A stretch of DNA of 64,000 bases from contig OZ316896.1 of assembly GCA_973895155.1 (NCBI GenBank), positions 13,000,549 to 13,064,548 on the forward strand. The letters are read 5' to 3'. The stretch's first letter is position 1. Every line of letters starts with the position of its first letter. Both the position numbers and the translations under genes were made by a program. The stretch comes from Marsupella aquatica (lineage: Eukaryota; Plantae; Marchantiophyta). Below the pieces are notes generated by a model. The model was given only the letters and a program-made list of their open reading frames with translations, ran no database searches and had not been told where the DNA came from. Positions 26,219 through 39,752 of this stretch are shown piece by piece.

Positions 26219-26569
26219 CATGGAAGAAAACAGGGCCCTTTATGACCAATCACCCAATGACGGAGATGAATAAATGACCAAAATTTCTAATGACACAAAA
26301 AGAATGACAGGGGAATGACTGTCCACAATGACCAATAGATCAAAATGACAAAATGTTAACTTTTGCGTCATTTTGTATAATGTCTGTAATGACTGATGCG
26401 ACCAAAATGACCCAATTTCCTTAAATGGTCAATTTAGATACATGTCCTAAATGACGCAATTAATAACAACAATGATAAATCAGTGTTTAGCAACATTATA
26501 GGCACTCTGGACAACGGTGATAAATGACAAAAAAATATTACCGTCATTTTAACCAACGGTGTTAAATGA

Positions 26570-27005
26570 CGGTAATATAGGGTCAATCTGAAAATGAGAA
26601 TATATCAGTGTTTACAACAATATATTGTCATTATGGATTTCTCCCATAAATGACTAACTCTAGGGTCAATCTTGAAATTAGGACATATCAATGTTTACAA
26701 GAACATACCGTCATTATGGACTTCTCTCATAAATGACTAACTCTAGGGTCAATCTTAAAATTAGGACATATCAATGTTTACAAGAACATACCGTCATTAT
26801 GGACTTCTCTCATAAATGACTAACTCCAGAGTCAATCTTGAAATTATGATATATCGGTGTTTACAACAACATACTGTCATTATGGACTTGTCGCATAAAT
26901 GACTAAATATAGGGTCAATCTAAAGATCATGATATATCAATGTTTACAATAACATACAGTCATTATGGACTTATTGCATAAATGACTACTTATAGAGTCA
27001 TTAAA
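26570..27005. repeat. ~82-bp tandem repeat (~5 copies) in the CACTA subterminal region
   Basis: gtcattatggacttctctcataaatgactaactctagggtcaatcttgaaattaggacatatcaatgtttacaagaacatacc reiterated. Confidence 0.85.
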
Positions 27006-27089
27006 GAACCCAAGAGATATGAAGATTAAAATACTCAATAGTCATTCCAGACACCGGTCATAATTGTAGAGTCATTGATATAGTTGATA

Positions 27090-30000
27090 ACCCTTCCACT
27101 AAGTGCGGGACACAATAGTCATCATTGTCCTCCCATTGGTTGCAGCATTAGCAATTTGAACACATGTCTTGCATTTACTTTAGGCATGATGCACCTAGCT
27201 TTGGGGAAATCACTCCCAAGTCATACACCTTTGGCGTGATTTTCCAGAAGTGTCACCATATATAGATGCACGCATACTATCGTATCCAAAGGCAAATGAA
27301 ACATTTTTGTCTCTCCAAGAAGTAGGGCAATACCAATGGAAGGTTGTCATCCTTTGTTGTAATTGTGTCATGTTTGTGTCGGTGTTTGGATGGGGAATAT
27401 TTTAATTTGCAAATAAATAGTGATGGGGCATTCAAGGAGCTAGTGTAATCTTTATTGGGTCATTTCAAAAAACATTTGCATCACAAATACCAATGACTAC
27501 AAGTAGGGTCATTAAATTTGTCATATGGACTGTGATATAAGTCAAGTGATTGGACTTGTGGTCATTTGTGTGGTCCCTCATGCAGTCATTAAACACAAGC
27601 ACAAATGACCAGTTTGGGGCTAGGGGTTGGAGGTGGGCCCTAGAGTGCCATGGGGCCCCACATAGAGGTGAGAACCCCTCCACTGGGTGTGGGACACTAT
27701 ACTCATCATTGTCCAACCACTAGTTGTGCCATGAACACTTTGGACACATGTTTTTGCGTTTACTTAAGGCATGATGCACCTTTGGGGAAATCACTCCCAA
27801 GTCGTACGACTTTGGAGTGATTTGCCAAAAGTGTCACCATGCATGCATACCATCACATCCAAAGGCAAAAAAAAGTTGTTTTTGGTTCTCAAGAGGTAGT
27901 GCTGCACCAATTGAATGGGCAGGGGAGTTGTGCTTCTCAGTATGGTGTGGGTGCGGGATTAGGGAAGAGGAATATTCCAATCTTGTAAGGAATCTAAAGC
28001 TGGCTCTCTTTGGAGGTACTAGGGCCTTTATTGGGTCATATGTGAGCAATGGCCCATCATTAATACCAATGACTAAAAGTAGGGTCATTAAAACTGTCAT
28101 ATAGAGAGTCATATCAGTCTAATGACTGGATTTGTGGTCATTTGAGGGGTCCCTCATGCAATAATTAAGGAAAAGCACAAATGACCAGTTTGGGGCTAGG
28201 GGCTGGAGGTGGGCCCTAAAGTGCCATGTGGCACCACATAGAGCTCGCAACCCCTCCACTAGGTGTCAAATACTATAATTACTATTCTCCAACCACTAGT
28301 TGCACCATTAGCAGTTTGGAGCCATGTTTTTGTGTTTACTTAAGGGATGTTATAATCTTGGGGAAATCACTCCCAAGTCATACGACTTTGGAGTGATTTG
28401 CCAAAAGTGTCACCATTGATGCATACCGTCCTATCTAAAAGGAAATGAAGCCATTTTTTTTGTCTCTACAAGAAGTAGTGCAAGGCTGTTGTCCTTCCAT
28501 ATAATTGTGTCATGTTTGTGCCGGTGTTTGGATGGGGAATATTCTATTTTGCAAATGAATAGTGACGGGGCACTCAAGAAGGTAGTGTAATCTTCATTGA
28601 CTCATTTCTGAAAAAATTGGTGTCATAAATACCAATGACTACAAGTAGGGTCATTAAATCTGTCATATGGGCTGTCACATAAGTCAAATGACTGGATTTG
28701 TGGTCATTTGAGGGGTCCTTTGTGCAATCATTAAGCAGAAGCACAAATGACCAGTTTGGGGTTAGGGGCTGGAGGTGGGCCCTAGAGTGCCATGGGGCCC
28801 CACATAGAGCTGAGAACCCCCTCCACTAGTTGCGGGACACTATACTCATCATTGTCCAACCACTAGTTGTGCCATGAACACTTTGGACACATGTTTTTGC
28901 GTTTACTTAAGGCATGATGCACCGTGGGGAAATCACTCCCAAGTCATACAACTTTGGAGTGATTTGCCAAAAGTGTCACCATGGATGCATACCACCGTAT
29001 CCAAGCGCAAATGGAACCATTTTTTGTCTCTCCAAGAAGTAGCGCAACACCAATGGAAGGTTGTCATCTTGTGATGTAATTGTGTCATGTTTGTGCCGGT
29101 GTTTGGATGGGGAATACTCCATTTTGCATATGAATAGTGTCGGGGCATTGTGAGTAGGTGTTGTAATCTTCATTGGGTCATTTTGGAGGAATAGTGTGTC
29201 ATAATGCCAAAGATTGCAGTAAGGGTCATTTTTGCAATCATTTTGGAAGTCATTTGTGCACAATGACTGCATATGGGGTCATTATAGAGGTCCCTCATGG
29301 TGTCATTATGGACCATCAGAAATGACCATTTTGAGTCTAGGAGCTTAAGGTGGCCCTAGTGTGCCATGGGGCCCTACATGAAGGTGGCAACCTCTCCACT
29401 AGGTGCAGGGTACTATACCCACTATTCTCCAACCACTAGTTGCACCATGAACACTTTGGAGCCATGTTTTTGCATTTTGTTAAGGCTTGATGGAACCTTG
29501 GGGAAATTACTCCCAAGGCATACGGCTTTGGAGTGATTTGCCAAAAGTGTCACCATGGATGTATACCACCACATTCAAAGTTAAATAATAGTTGATTTCT
29601 TGTTCTCTAAGAGTAAGTGCAAAACCAGTGGAAAGTTGTTGTCCTTCGATTTAACTATGTCATGTTTGTGCTGGCGTTTGGGTGAGGAATATTCTATTAA
29701 ATTGCTAAGGATTTGCCAGGGGCCACTCCGATAGGTAGTGTAATCTTCACTGGGTCATTTTGGAGGAATGGTGTGTCATTAAAGCCAATGACTACCATGC
29801 ATATGGGTCATTTTGGCAGTCATTTGGACCAAATGACTGCATACCTGGTCATTACAGAGGTCCCTCATGGTGTCATTAGGGACCAACCTAAATGACCAGT
29901 TTGGGGATAAGGGCTGGAAGTGGGCCCTAGACTGCCATGGGGCCCTACATGGAGCTGGCAACCTTTCCAATAGGTGCGGGACACTATACTTACTATTCTC

Positions 30001-30550
30001 CAACCACTAGTTGCACCATGAGCACTTTGGAGCCATGTTTTCGCAATTACTTAAGGGATGATGCAACCTTGGGGAAATCACTCCCAAGTCATACAACATT
30101 GGAGTGATTTTCCAAAAGCACCATCATGGATGAATATGTTATGTTCCAAAGGCAAATGGAGCCATTTGTTTGTTCCTCCAAGAGGTAGTGCAACACCAAT
30201 GGAATGGGCGTGGTAGTGGTGCTTCCCTCTATGGTGTGTGTGCTGGTTAAAGGTATAGGAATATTCTATTTTTGCAATGAACCTAGAGTGGGCTCTCTCG
30301 GGAGGTACTAGGACCTTCATTGGGTCATTTTTGCACAAAGTTGTGTCATAAGTTCCAATGACCACAAATAGGGTCATTACATATGTCATATGGACTGTCA
30401 CATAAGTCAAATGACTGGATTTGTGGTCATTTGAGGTGTCCCTAGTGCAGTCATTGAAGACAAGCATAAATGACCAATTTGGGGCTAAGGGCTTAAGGGC
30501 CCTAGAGTGCCATGTGGCCCACATAGAGCTCGCAACCCCTCCACTAGGGT
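27090..30550. repeat. ~570-bp tandem satellite-like array (~6 diverged units)
   Basis: Anchor ccactagttg recurs at ~27716, 28293, 28860, 29433, 30004; ggggaaatcactcccaag recurs in each unit. Confidence 0.9.
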
Positions 30551-32589
30551 ATTTTCTATTAATTTGCAAAGGAATTGTAAGGGGGCACTCCTAGAAGGGG
30601 CGACGACTGTTGAGGGGATCTGATAGAAAGTTTGAGGCATCCTCTGATTGATAATGAGGTTGTTCGTGCCTCAAGATTTGTAGATGAGGAGGCTGAATCA
30701 ACATCGAGATCTGAGAGTAGTGAAGTATCTACTAGCGAGGAAAGCACAAAGAATTCAGGTTCCGATAGTTCTATTGATGTTTAGTCAGGATTAGATGACT
30801 ATTGATTTTGTCCAAATCTTCTTGATATTTCCTCATCCTTGTGGATAAATATCACTTTAGAAAGAAGTGGTACTTTTAATGTATTTGAGAATGGAAAAGT
30901 AGTTATGTATCATCTCAAGTCATCTCAATAAAATACTATTGGTACTATTTTGGTTCATAGGGTTTTGGATATGATAGAACAATTTTTGCTAGCGAGGTTT
31001 GCTAGCAACTTTCATGATGGATTGAATAATTGATATTAGTTTTTTTCTGCCAAATAATGAAGTTAAATGTGAGGTTTTGCTTTGCTAGCAATGGCTTTGT
31101 CTCGCTATCAGTATATGTTTTTCCTATCTGCTTTCTCCTTTTTACTAACATTGTTAAAAGCCCCCTATATAACTATGTCATGTTTGTGCCGATATTTGGA
31201 TTTTGGATATATTCTATTAAATTCCAAAGGAATTGTAAGGGGGAACTCCGAGAGGTAGTATACTCTTCATTGGGTCATTTTCACATAATGTCTGTCATTA
31301 ATGCCAATGACTACAATAAGGGTCATCTTGGTAGTCATATTGGAGGTCATTTGGAGCAATTGACTGCATATGTGGTCATTAATGAAAACACCTCAAATTA
31401 GGGTAATCTTGGTTGTCATACTAGAGGTCAGAAGTACCAAATGACTGGAAATGTGGTCTTTACAAAGGCTATTGGGGGGTTCTCTTTGGAGGTACAAGGG
31501 AGTTCATTGGGTCATTTGTGAATTAAATGGTGCTTCAATTTGAGGACTAAACATGGGGTCACTCACGCTGTCATATTGGAAGCCATTAATGTTGGCATAT
31601 TGGAGGTCCTATTAATTTTTTGTTACCCAACAACTAGTCGTATCCTTAGTCGCCCGCCGTACATTGGGTCATTTAGGTGGGGCCCTCTTTAATTTGGATA
31701 TACCATAACCTTCATTGGGTTATTTGCAAACCAATAATAATTCATTAGTTGCCACACAAATGTGATTTCCACAATTAGTCTAACCATAGTTAAGAGTTAA
31801 TGCATAACAATATCCATGGCTTATGGTGGTCATATATAATACCAGATTGGTTGCACATAGGGAGTTGCAAGTTGGGCGAGAAGTTGGGAGGACATACATT
31901 TAGGTACCAAAGGTAATGATGGGTGCATTGGATGGAGTCTAACTGTGGTCATACTCAGGTGTCCAAGGAAGGCATATGAGGCCCTGGCAAGGCCACAAGG
32001 GGCTCAACTTTTGTGACCAAAGCTTTCTGGTCACAAACGTATTTAGTTATGGTCTTAAAGTGGATTTAGTGTGAACCATATGTTGAGGTTGAGGTTATGA
32101 GGCAGCATGGTGAACTTGAAGTTGGAGTTTAACCCTAAGACTTAATCAGAGCATCTTCAAAGGTTACTATGTCCCCAAAGTTACTATGCGCAACGGGACC
32201 TTTGGGGAAGAGCACAAGTCGTGAAATGTAGGGTTTTTGTGGTTGATCTGCGCTTTTTCTTCAGAGGAATGTGTAGTGGCGGTGGGCAATGTGCATGGAG
32301 TGCGGGGCACATTGAGGTCAGTCACACAGAGTTTAGGCAGCTACCGTGGAGCGCGCACTCCATTTCTTCCCATATTGTATCAGGGTGCTGCGCGCGGTCG
32401 GGGGAGTAGGAAACCTTAGGGTCAGCCGGTAGGACGCGGGAGCTACAACCACGGAAGAGCTCCGATCCATTATAATGTCGTGTAGCATTGCGGAGCATTG
32501 GGCGTTGCAGCTATAGGTCTCAAAAAGCTGCAAAGGGTGACGACGTGCGATCGATGATAAGCACATTGTTGTGAGGATACATTACATTA

Positions 32590-32900
32590 TGAAGGAGCTG
32601 CAGGAGGTTACCTCAGCAAAGGGCGATGAGCTGTGACCGGTGATAAGCTGCGGGTGATAAGCTGCGAGGAGTGGGAGGATACATTGGGAAGGAGGTGCAA
32701 GCTGTGACTGGGGATAAGCTCCCGATAGTATTGGAGCTGCGGGAGGTCACAGCAGGCAGGAGGTCACATTGGTGGAGCTGCGGGAGGTCACATTGGCAGG
32801 AGTTGTGGGAGGTTATAGCAGGCAGGAGCTACGGGAGCTGCAAGAGGTTACATCAGGGAGGAGTTGCAGGAGCTGTAGTCGGTGAGGAGCTATTGGTCGG
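32590..32900. repeat. Degenerate short-period GGAGCTGC/GGAGGTCACA repeat
   Basis: Multiple imperfect ggagctgcgggaggtcaca motifs. Confidence 0.6.
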
Positions 32901-35085
32901 TCAAGAGTTGGAGTTAGGTTTGTGCGCTTCCCTCTCTCTCTCTCTGACTGCTTGAGTTTTGCAAATAAGGGTTCGACTGCCAAAGTAAATTAGGAAACGC
33001 CATTTTTCCTGTCTGTCTGTTGATTTCCGACAGTCCCTATCAATTGTTTGATTGTTCACGTTGGTCCCTGTCTTGTTTGTTGGGTTCTAGCATTGCCTAA
33101 ACAGATCCCCCTAGTTCCTGTACAGTTTTAGGCTGTTCATCCTATAGCCACTGTCAAGTCTGCGCCTAGACTTGCTCAATCTTTCAAGTCCATGACTATT
33201 TTTGTTATGCAGCGGAATGTAGCCTCTCAAAATAAATCATTCACACAACTCTGACCGAATTAGCAGTTCAAACTGCCACTCGTCTCCCTGGTTCAACCCA
33301 ATGCACATCAATTGATCAAATCCTCTGCCAGTATGTAGAGCACAATCATATATTTGATGAGGCCCCATATTTTGAGAATTGTTGAAGGCAGCCCTTGGTT
33401 TGGGGTTTAGTAGGGAATGAAGATATAAGAGTCGGTTATTGAAGTTTGGTGATCGAGCCTAGTGTCTCAAGAAGAGCTTAAACTGTTGCGGGTATTTTAT
33501 AGTATTCCAAACGGTTGGTTCGCTTTGTCATTGACCTCACGGTATACGTGTTTTGAAGTTTGGGCCAAGCGCAAGTAGAATTTTACCGCCACTTAGACTC
33601 TATCTACATATATGCGGAGGTTCTCAACCTCGTACACATAGGCACCTGCAGAGCACTAAGCTAACGAACAATACTGGATGTGTAACTCAGGTCTCACTGA
33701 TTCTCTCTGGCCAAGTATCATTCTCCGTTTCCATCTCTCCATTCCACATCCCATTTGGTGAAGTTCATGCAACAGATGGCAATGCTTTCGACCCGTGCCT
33801 TAGACCCCAGTGTTAATATACAAGAGGTCTAAGCTGAGTGAGGCATTGAAGTAGAATCACCGGCTGTTAATCCTCGCAGAGAGGGACCTGCCCTTGACAG
33901 TACCATAGCCCAGACCTAGTGAAGACCCACTGAATGACGAACATCTGCGTATGTTGGATCTCTGTTGCGCTCTACTTTCTTTCACAAATTTTCTTGTCTC
34001 TGTCCTTTGTGTTCAGCTTGCGGGTGGGTTTGTCATGATTTGATTGGGTGATTGTTTTGAAGTCGTAGCCGTGGTCAAAAGCTGGTCTATAAAAAACGAA
34101 TTCATGGAGCTCAGGTTGCTGCTGTATATAAAGCGCAGCAGGATCCAGAAGTGGAAAACTGTCCCAGCAAATTTAAATTTGTAGCTCTCACTACTTGAAT
34201 ATATAAATTTATAGCTCTCACTACTTGAATCCGAATTGCAAGTTAAAAATACATGAACTATTTGCTGCCTTAATTGCTATGTACCATTTGACATTATATA
34301 TGATGAATGTACTTAAACAATTCACTCTCATTGTGTCAGACAGTTCTCTCCATCACGTCCTGTTAATAGCACATTGTTGCATTAGAAAGTTCATTGTACT
34401 TCTGACTTTCTTATGTGCAGCAAATGGAGCTTAAAACATGAGAAAGCTCACAAGGAGAAAGCTTGTTGAGAGTACAATAACTTACGGTTCTATAACAGAT
34501 GTGTCCAACACCTTAAGATGTAGAAGGCTTGGGACCTTTGGGGAAGTGTGTGTCACCTTTAATGGTTTGCATGTTGAACTTACAGGTCCGAATCTTGATT
34601 TAATTTCGCTGCTGAAGTTCGTATCTCTTGCCTAAGTCCCAGTTTGCTGGAGTTTTGTTGCTCTCTATGCTTTTTTGTGCACATTGTTGTGTCAAATGCT
34701 TTGTTTGCCCTGGTCGGTCTTAGCCTGCTGCGCACAAGGCAGGCAATGAAACAAGTCTGTCCATTTTAAAACTTGAGAACCAATGCTTTGCTGAAACTCA
34801 ATTGCTATTTGTTCTGTGTTGCCCTTACAGATTTTAAAAAGGCAGGGCGAGTGAGCACTGCTGGACAGCAGGCGAAGGCATATAGGTTGCAATATTTGTG
34901 ATTGCTTCCAATCATAGGCCAAGGTTATTTGCGCTGCTCAGTCCTAGTGCTTTGCCATCCATAAAGCATTGGTTTATGCTGCACCCTTGTGGTTACATGT
35001 CATATTTTATGCTGCACCCTCATTCTTTTGTGTCATGTTGAACCCTGTTATTCCTTCTTGTTTCACAATCTGATGTAGGGTCTGA

Positions 35086-35757
35086 GTGTGCAGGACCATG
35101 GCTTGCAATAAGCAGAAGGCCATGAATCGTTGCAGAGGTGAATCCTCTCAAGCACCTCAATTGTCCTTATATTCAGACATTGAGATTAACCAAAATAGCC
35201 CACATGTATGTGCGATTTGTGATGAGGGAGGGGATCTCATTGTTTGTGATGGGCCTTGCCACCGACATTTCCATAAGAATGTTTCCTGTCCTTTGGGTCA
35301 GCAATGGCTATGCCCAACTATATCCCTGGCCGATGGCCATGTTGGAGAATGGCTTTGTGTTGACTGCAAGAATGAGGAACATTCTTGCTTTAAGTGCCAT
35401 GTGTCTGGAAAAATTGGTGAAGAGGTAAGAAAATGTCCAGATCCTCTCTGTGCCCGGTTTTACTGTCGGCAGTGTTTGGTTCCTGGCACAACATCATGTG
35501 GACTCCATATTTGTCACACTTGTGGACAGGGGCCCAATGATGGGGCTAATGGCTTTTTGGTTCAGTGCATGAGGTGTCCTAAGGCATGGCACAAGGACTG
35601 CCTGCAGTTTATCCAGCAAAGGGGATTTGCCCATGATCGAACAATTTGGGATCACTCAGCGCATGGGCAGCCCAAGAAGGGAATGTTTTACTGTCCTGAC
35701 CATGACATTGATCCTACACTAGGCACTCCTGCCAAGAGCCACATTTCTTGGATTTGA
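35086..35757 (+). CDS. EDM2/NSD-type tandem PHD-finger protein (TE-borne)
   Basis: VCAICDEGGDLIVCDGPCHRHFH...WLCVDC..EHSCFKC...CARFY...CGLHICHTC...QCMRCPKAWHKDCL...FYCPDHDIDPTLGTPAKSHI matches the EDM2 PHD array, including its YCxxHxID..LxTP..H tail. First ATG at 35098; may be one exon of a larger gene. Confidence 0.8.
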   Translation: MCRTMACNKQKAMNRCRGESSQAPQLSLYSDIEINQNSPHVCAICDEGGDLIVCDGPCHRHFHKNVSCPLGQQWLCPTISLADGHVGEWLCVDCKNEEHSCFKCHVSGKIGEEVRKCPDPLCARFYCRQCLVPGTTSCGLHICHTCGQGPNDGANGFLVQCMRCPKAWHKDCLQFIQQRGFAHDRTIWDHSAHGQPKKGMFYCPDHDIDPTLGTPAKSHISWI

Positions 35758-36346
35758 TTGAGGCTGGATAGAACACAAACTTGAGATAGATGTTTTGATG
35801 GTTTCACATGGACTTAAACAATTTTCAGAGTGCTAAAACATGTGGACTATTTATATGCAGTTTGATGAACTCCTCATGTATACACACTCTACGACAGTGC
35901 ATTGCGGATTGAGGCAATTAATTTTGAGAAATCAACTTTACTATCTGGAACCAGGGTAGGATTCCGATTTTCATGCATGTGCTTTGAATGTGAGACCTGT
36001 CACTGTGGATGTCTAAACTTCACTTGTAAATTTTTCACTGGTGTCACAAACGTCACTCATTCCAGACCTGTCTGCTCACATTCATTCATACTGGAAATCA
36101 TGAAGGCACAGAGATTTACGTTCATAGTATCATTCTGATGACACTGTCTGTGATGCTCTATTTGTATGCAAGAAGGAGAAGGTGCCCCACTACAGTGGAT
36201 TTGAGAAATTGGGCTCTGTGGGTTTGAGCAATTGGACTGTGGTTGGCATCGGTTGTACAACTGTGACGGTAGGCCCAATTTTGTATGCATGTCACACTGA
36301 TTGAGTTTGAAAATCAGAGTTTGAATACAATTTCAATCAAGCTAGC

Positions 36347-36654
36347 ATGGCACAATTGCCACATAATAGGTTAGGTGTGGGTAGAACTCCAAAGTTGCCG
36401 CTCTTCCATCCAGCTAGAGTACAACATCGTGATGATGCTTTGTGGGTTCGAGAACAGAAGGCCTGCCACAAGAGTGGGGACCATAAGATGTACTGCCCTT
36501 GTGTGAACTGCAAAGGGAATTATAGGACTAATCGAAATACTGCTAGACTGCACCTTATTAAACATGGTCGGTACCCTGCATGTCGAGTGTGGGTGGGAGA
36601 GGGACAGGACTCTTCTGATGAAGAGTGGGGTGCTGACTACATGTCACAACATGG
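36347..36654 (+). pseudogene. CACTA-1 transposase N-terminus (transposase-associated domain)
   Basis: KMYCPCVNCKGN...ARLHLIKHG. Rejoins 40633+ in frame once insert B is removed (SQHG|PEAL). Confidence 0.8.
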
Positions 36655-37013
36655 TGTGACGCCGCCGGTACCGCGGTTAATGAGTGATTTGGTCTAACTG
36701 CGCTAGGCACGCGCGTTAGGAGTGTCTTAGACCGCTATTATTAGCATAACGACAGTATTTAGGTAATCATTATGGGTAGGATATCATTAGGCAATAAGGG
36801 GGAATTCAGGTTTGGACTGGCGGCTGGTCGCTATTCGCACACCCGGGTTACGAGCGTGGAGGGGCCCCTCCCTCGGGTCCGTATAACGAACTTAAGGAAG
36901 CGGCCACTGACACGCGCTGACTCAGACCGGCGGAGTGGCCGGCACACCACAAGCGTGAGCGGTTCAGCCTATGGGCTTCGAGGAGACGTCAAGGGATCGA
37001 CAAGCCCTCAAGG

Positions 37014-37020
37014 TATAAAA
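37014..37020 (+). promoter_or_regulatory. TATA box of the insert B gene
   Basis: TATAAAA(GGGG), ~100 bp upstream of the ATG at 37122. Confidence 0.6.
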
Positions 37021-37121
37021 GGGGAGCCAACCCTTTGTAGTGCACCAGTCCATCAGTCCACGCGCCAGCTTCGACCCCAGCTCTCTCGTTCGCTCTAAGT
37101 CGCCACTACTATCTCCTCTGA

Positions 37122-39752
37122 ATGTCGCACACGATCCTCTCCAGCTCGGCCATTCAATTCTGGACGCAGTTCCTATCTACCGGAAGGCACTTGGCCGACT
37201 CATTGAAACACGCCAACCCGCGCTGATACAAAATCGAACGCGAGTACGAGCGAGCCATCCGCCTAGCAGGACAACACCACTACATTCTTAACTTTGACTA
37301 CCCGTCTCAGAGCGAGCTTTACCGACCAGCAGAGGTATCCGGGTACTTCTTCAAAGGAGACAAATATATCGGGTTCTGGGAAGCATTGCTTCGGCTTCCG
37401 GACGAGGTCTTCAATATCCCAGGTACGATCGACTTGCAGCGACATCACTTCGACCACATCCCTGCTCAGGTTTGGGCTATCATCAACAGCGAGTCCAGCA
37501 CTACCCGTTCGACAAGGTCATCTGCACTCGCTTTGGAGAACTTCTACCAGCACCTACAGAGCTTCATAGGAACTCGGCCAGCAACCAACATGACCAACTC
37601 AGTTGTACCCGTACCCGTACCCGTACAACCTCAGGTTCAGCTTCAGCCTCAGCCGCAGCCTAGCCAAACCCCACCACCGATCGCCCAGCCAGCACAAGTA
37701 CGCTCCGTCATCAACGCTGTGGATCTTAGCGATGACGACGAGGCTACCCTACCCTTGACCAGGCGGCCCAGAGGAACAAGCGCTCAGGGGGCCGATACTA
37801 TATCGTCCCCACCCCCTGCTCTGACCCCAGGAGCGGCCCCGGCAGACAACATGGTGACCGTGGCCGACCCGGGCCTATTACTAACGGCAGTAGCACTACC
37901 CAGGCCCGATCGGGAGGATGGGGAGGTGTCACCTTCCCCAAGCCAGTCATGGGGGAAGAAGAGGAAGGAATCCGTCACTGCATCCGGGTTACCATTGGCC
38001 ACGGTAGCCGTGGCCAAGGTGACGATGCACCGCATGCAGGAAAACATTCACAAAAACATCCTCCATCCCAAGCATGCGGTGTACCTGAAGATTCAGGGAT
38101 TGGAGCACCTCGCCTCCCTCCCCTGGAACACTTGCAGGTACTATGGGGAGGACATGACGGAGTTCATCAAGAATTATGATGACGCACGTCAACATACTCG
38201 GCTACGGGGAAGGAGTATGTCCCTCACGGAAGAACGGCTCAGGATGATCTTCGGGTTACCCGAAGGTGACCATCGAGTCGAATCACGGGCTCCCGGGGGC
38301 AAGGGAGCCAAGTACCAATCTTCAAGTTTTCCCTCAGAGGGAGCAGTGGACAACGGGTTCGTGATGAAAACCTGCCTCATCCCCGAGATAGCTGAGCGAC
38401 TGGAGTTCCAGAGGTACGCCCTCCACATGATGGAACCCCGGGGGGAGATCTCCGCCGCCCAGGTTATCCAGGTCGAGAACTATCGACCTAGGAGGTGGGC
38501 GTCGTACTTCGCTAAGAAATTCCATGAAGAGATGGAGCGGCAAAGGAAGATGCTGTACATTGGCGGGAAGGCGTATTTCGCTAGCCACATCGAGATCATT
38601 CTTGAGTGGTACGCCCGGTTTGATCGACGAACCCTTCCCCGTGTCAACGTTACAAAGCTGGTCCCAGCTAGGTGGGTTTTCCCGGCCTTGGAGAGATGGC
38701 CCCAGCCCGAGGCCCGAAGTCCAGCGGACATGCCAACTTCACCCACCCCACCTCCACAAGTAGCTGTAGTCGTAACCGAGGAGGTACCGGATGGGTCGGG
38801 TGTCGCAACCGTTGATGCGACCCAACAGGCCGGGCTAAGTACAGAAGTCGGTACGGCGGAGGTCTTACCCGAGCCAGGGTCTCCCAAATACCCACCGGTG
38901 GCTATTCCGGAGAACCGGACATTGCTGCAGGAGGACACTCCAGCCCCTTCCAACGTTACATCCCCAGGGCTGGACGTCACTGCCCCGGCCCCCGTGCGTG
39001 TGGACGTCTGCTCGTGCCCAACTCCGGACAGGCACAACCTGGACCACCCGGAACTCTTCGTACCAGGTACATTTCTGAACGGGCTTCTGGGAGATTTCTC
39101 TCATCAAATTGCCCGGGATACCGGGGAGTTCATGGCCCGGAAGGTAGCCTGTTTCTTCAATCAGGAGTTGGTTGCCGCAGTAAAGGCGGGTCGGGCCCAG
39201 TCAAAGGCCCTTCAGAGGATAGAGCGGTACCGGGTGGAGTCCGTGTACCTAAAGAACAAAGTTGCAGCTCAAGAGGCTGAGCTTCTACAACTACGACCCA
39301 AGGTTGCAGCCGCCGATGAGTTGTTAGCAAAGGCGCACGCTCTTACCGCCCTAACCGAACAGGCCAAAGCTGGGAACGAGGCCGAGATTACACGACTCCG
39401 GAACCAGATTGACAGTTTGAAGAATCAAACTGTCACCTGGCAGAAAGACCTGGAGGAGGCCGAGGAACGGGCCCAACGGGACACGGCGGAGATAGCCACG
39501 CTGCAGGCCGAGGTGGCGCGGCTCCAAACCGAGGCCGAGAGGCAGGACCAGCTGGCGGGTAAACTGACAAGTGACGCCCAGCAGCTAGAGGAGGCTTGTC
39601 AGGAGGCAGTAGAGGAGACGGACGCGGCGAGGCGAGAGAACGAATCTCTGCTGGACCAGGTCCAGCTCCTCAAGGCGGACAATGACAGGCTTCGAAGGCA
39701 GCGGGATGGCCGCTCCCATTCGGGCGGCTCTGGCAAGCGTGCCAGGCATTAG
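37122..39752 (+). pseudogene. Insert B gene (~876 codons): N-terminal domain, PF20167/PMD-like domain, Pro-rich linker, coiled coil
   Basis: ATG 37122 is in frame with the 788-aa ORF, with a single TGA at 37224 (probably CGA). SAIQFWTQF/EALLRLPDEVF align with TALGFWTLF/EAILEVPAKFF of insert A. Confidence 0.8.

Noticed and set aside
27465-30569. Short ORFs within the satellite array
   Set aside because: Frames are inconsistent between units and are artefacts of the repeat.
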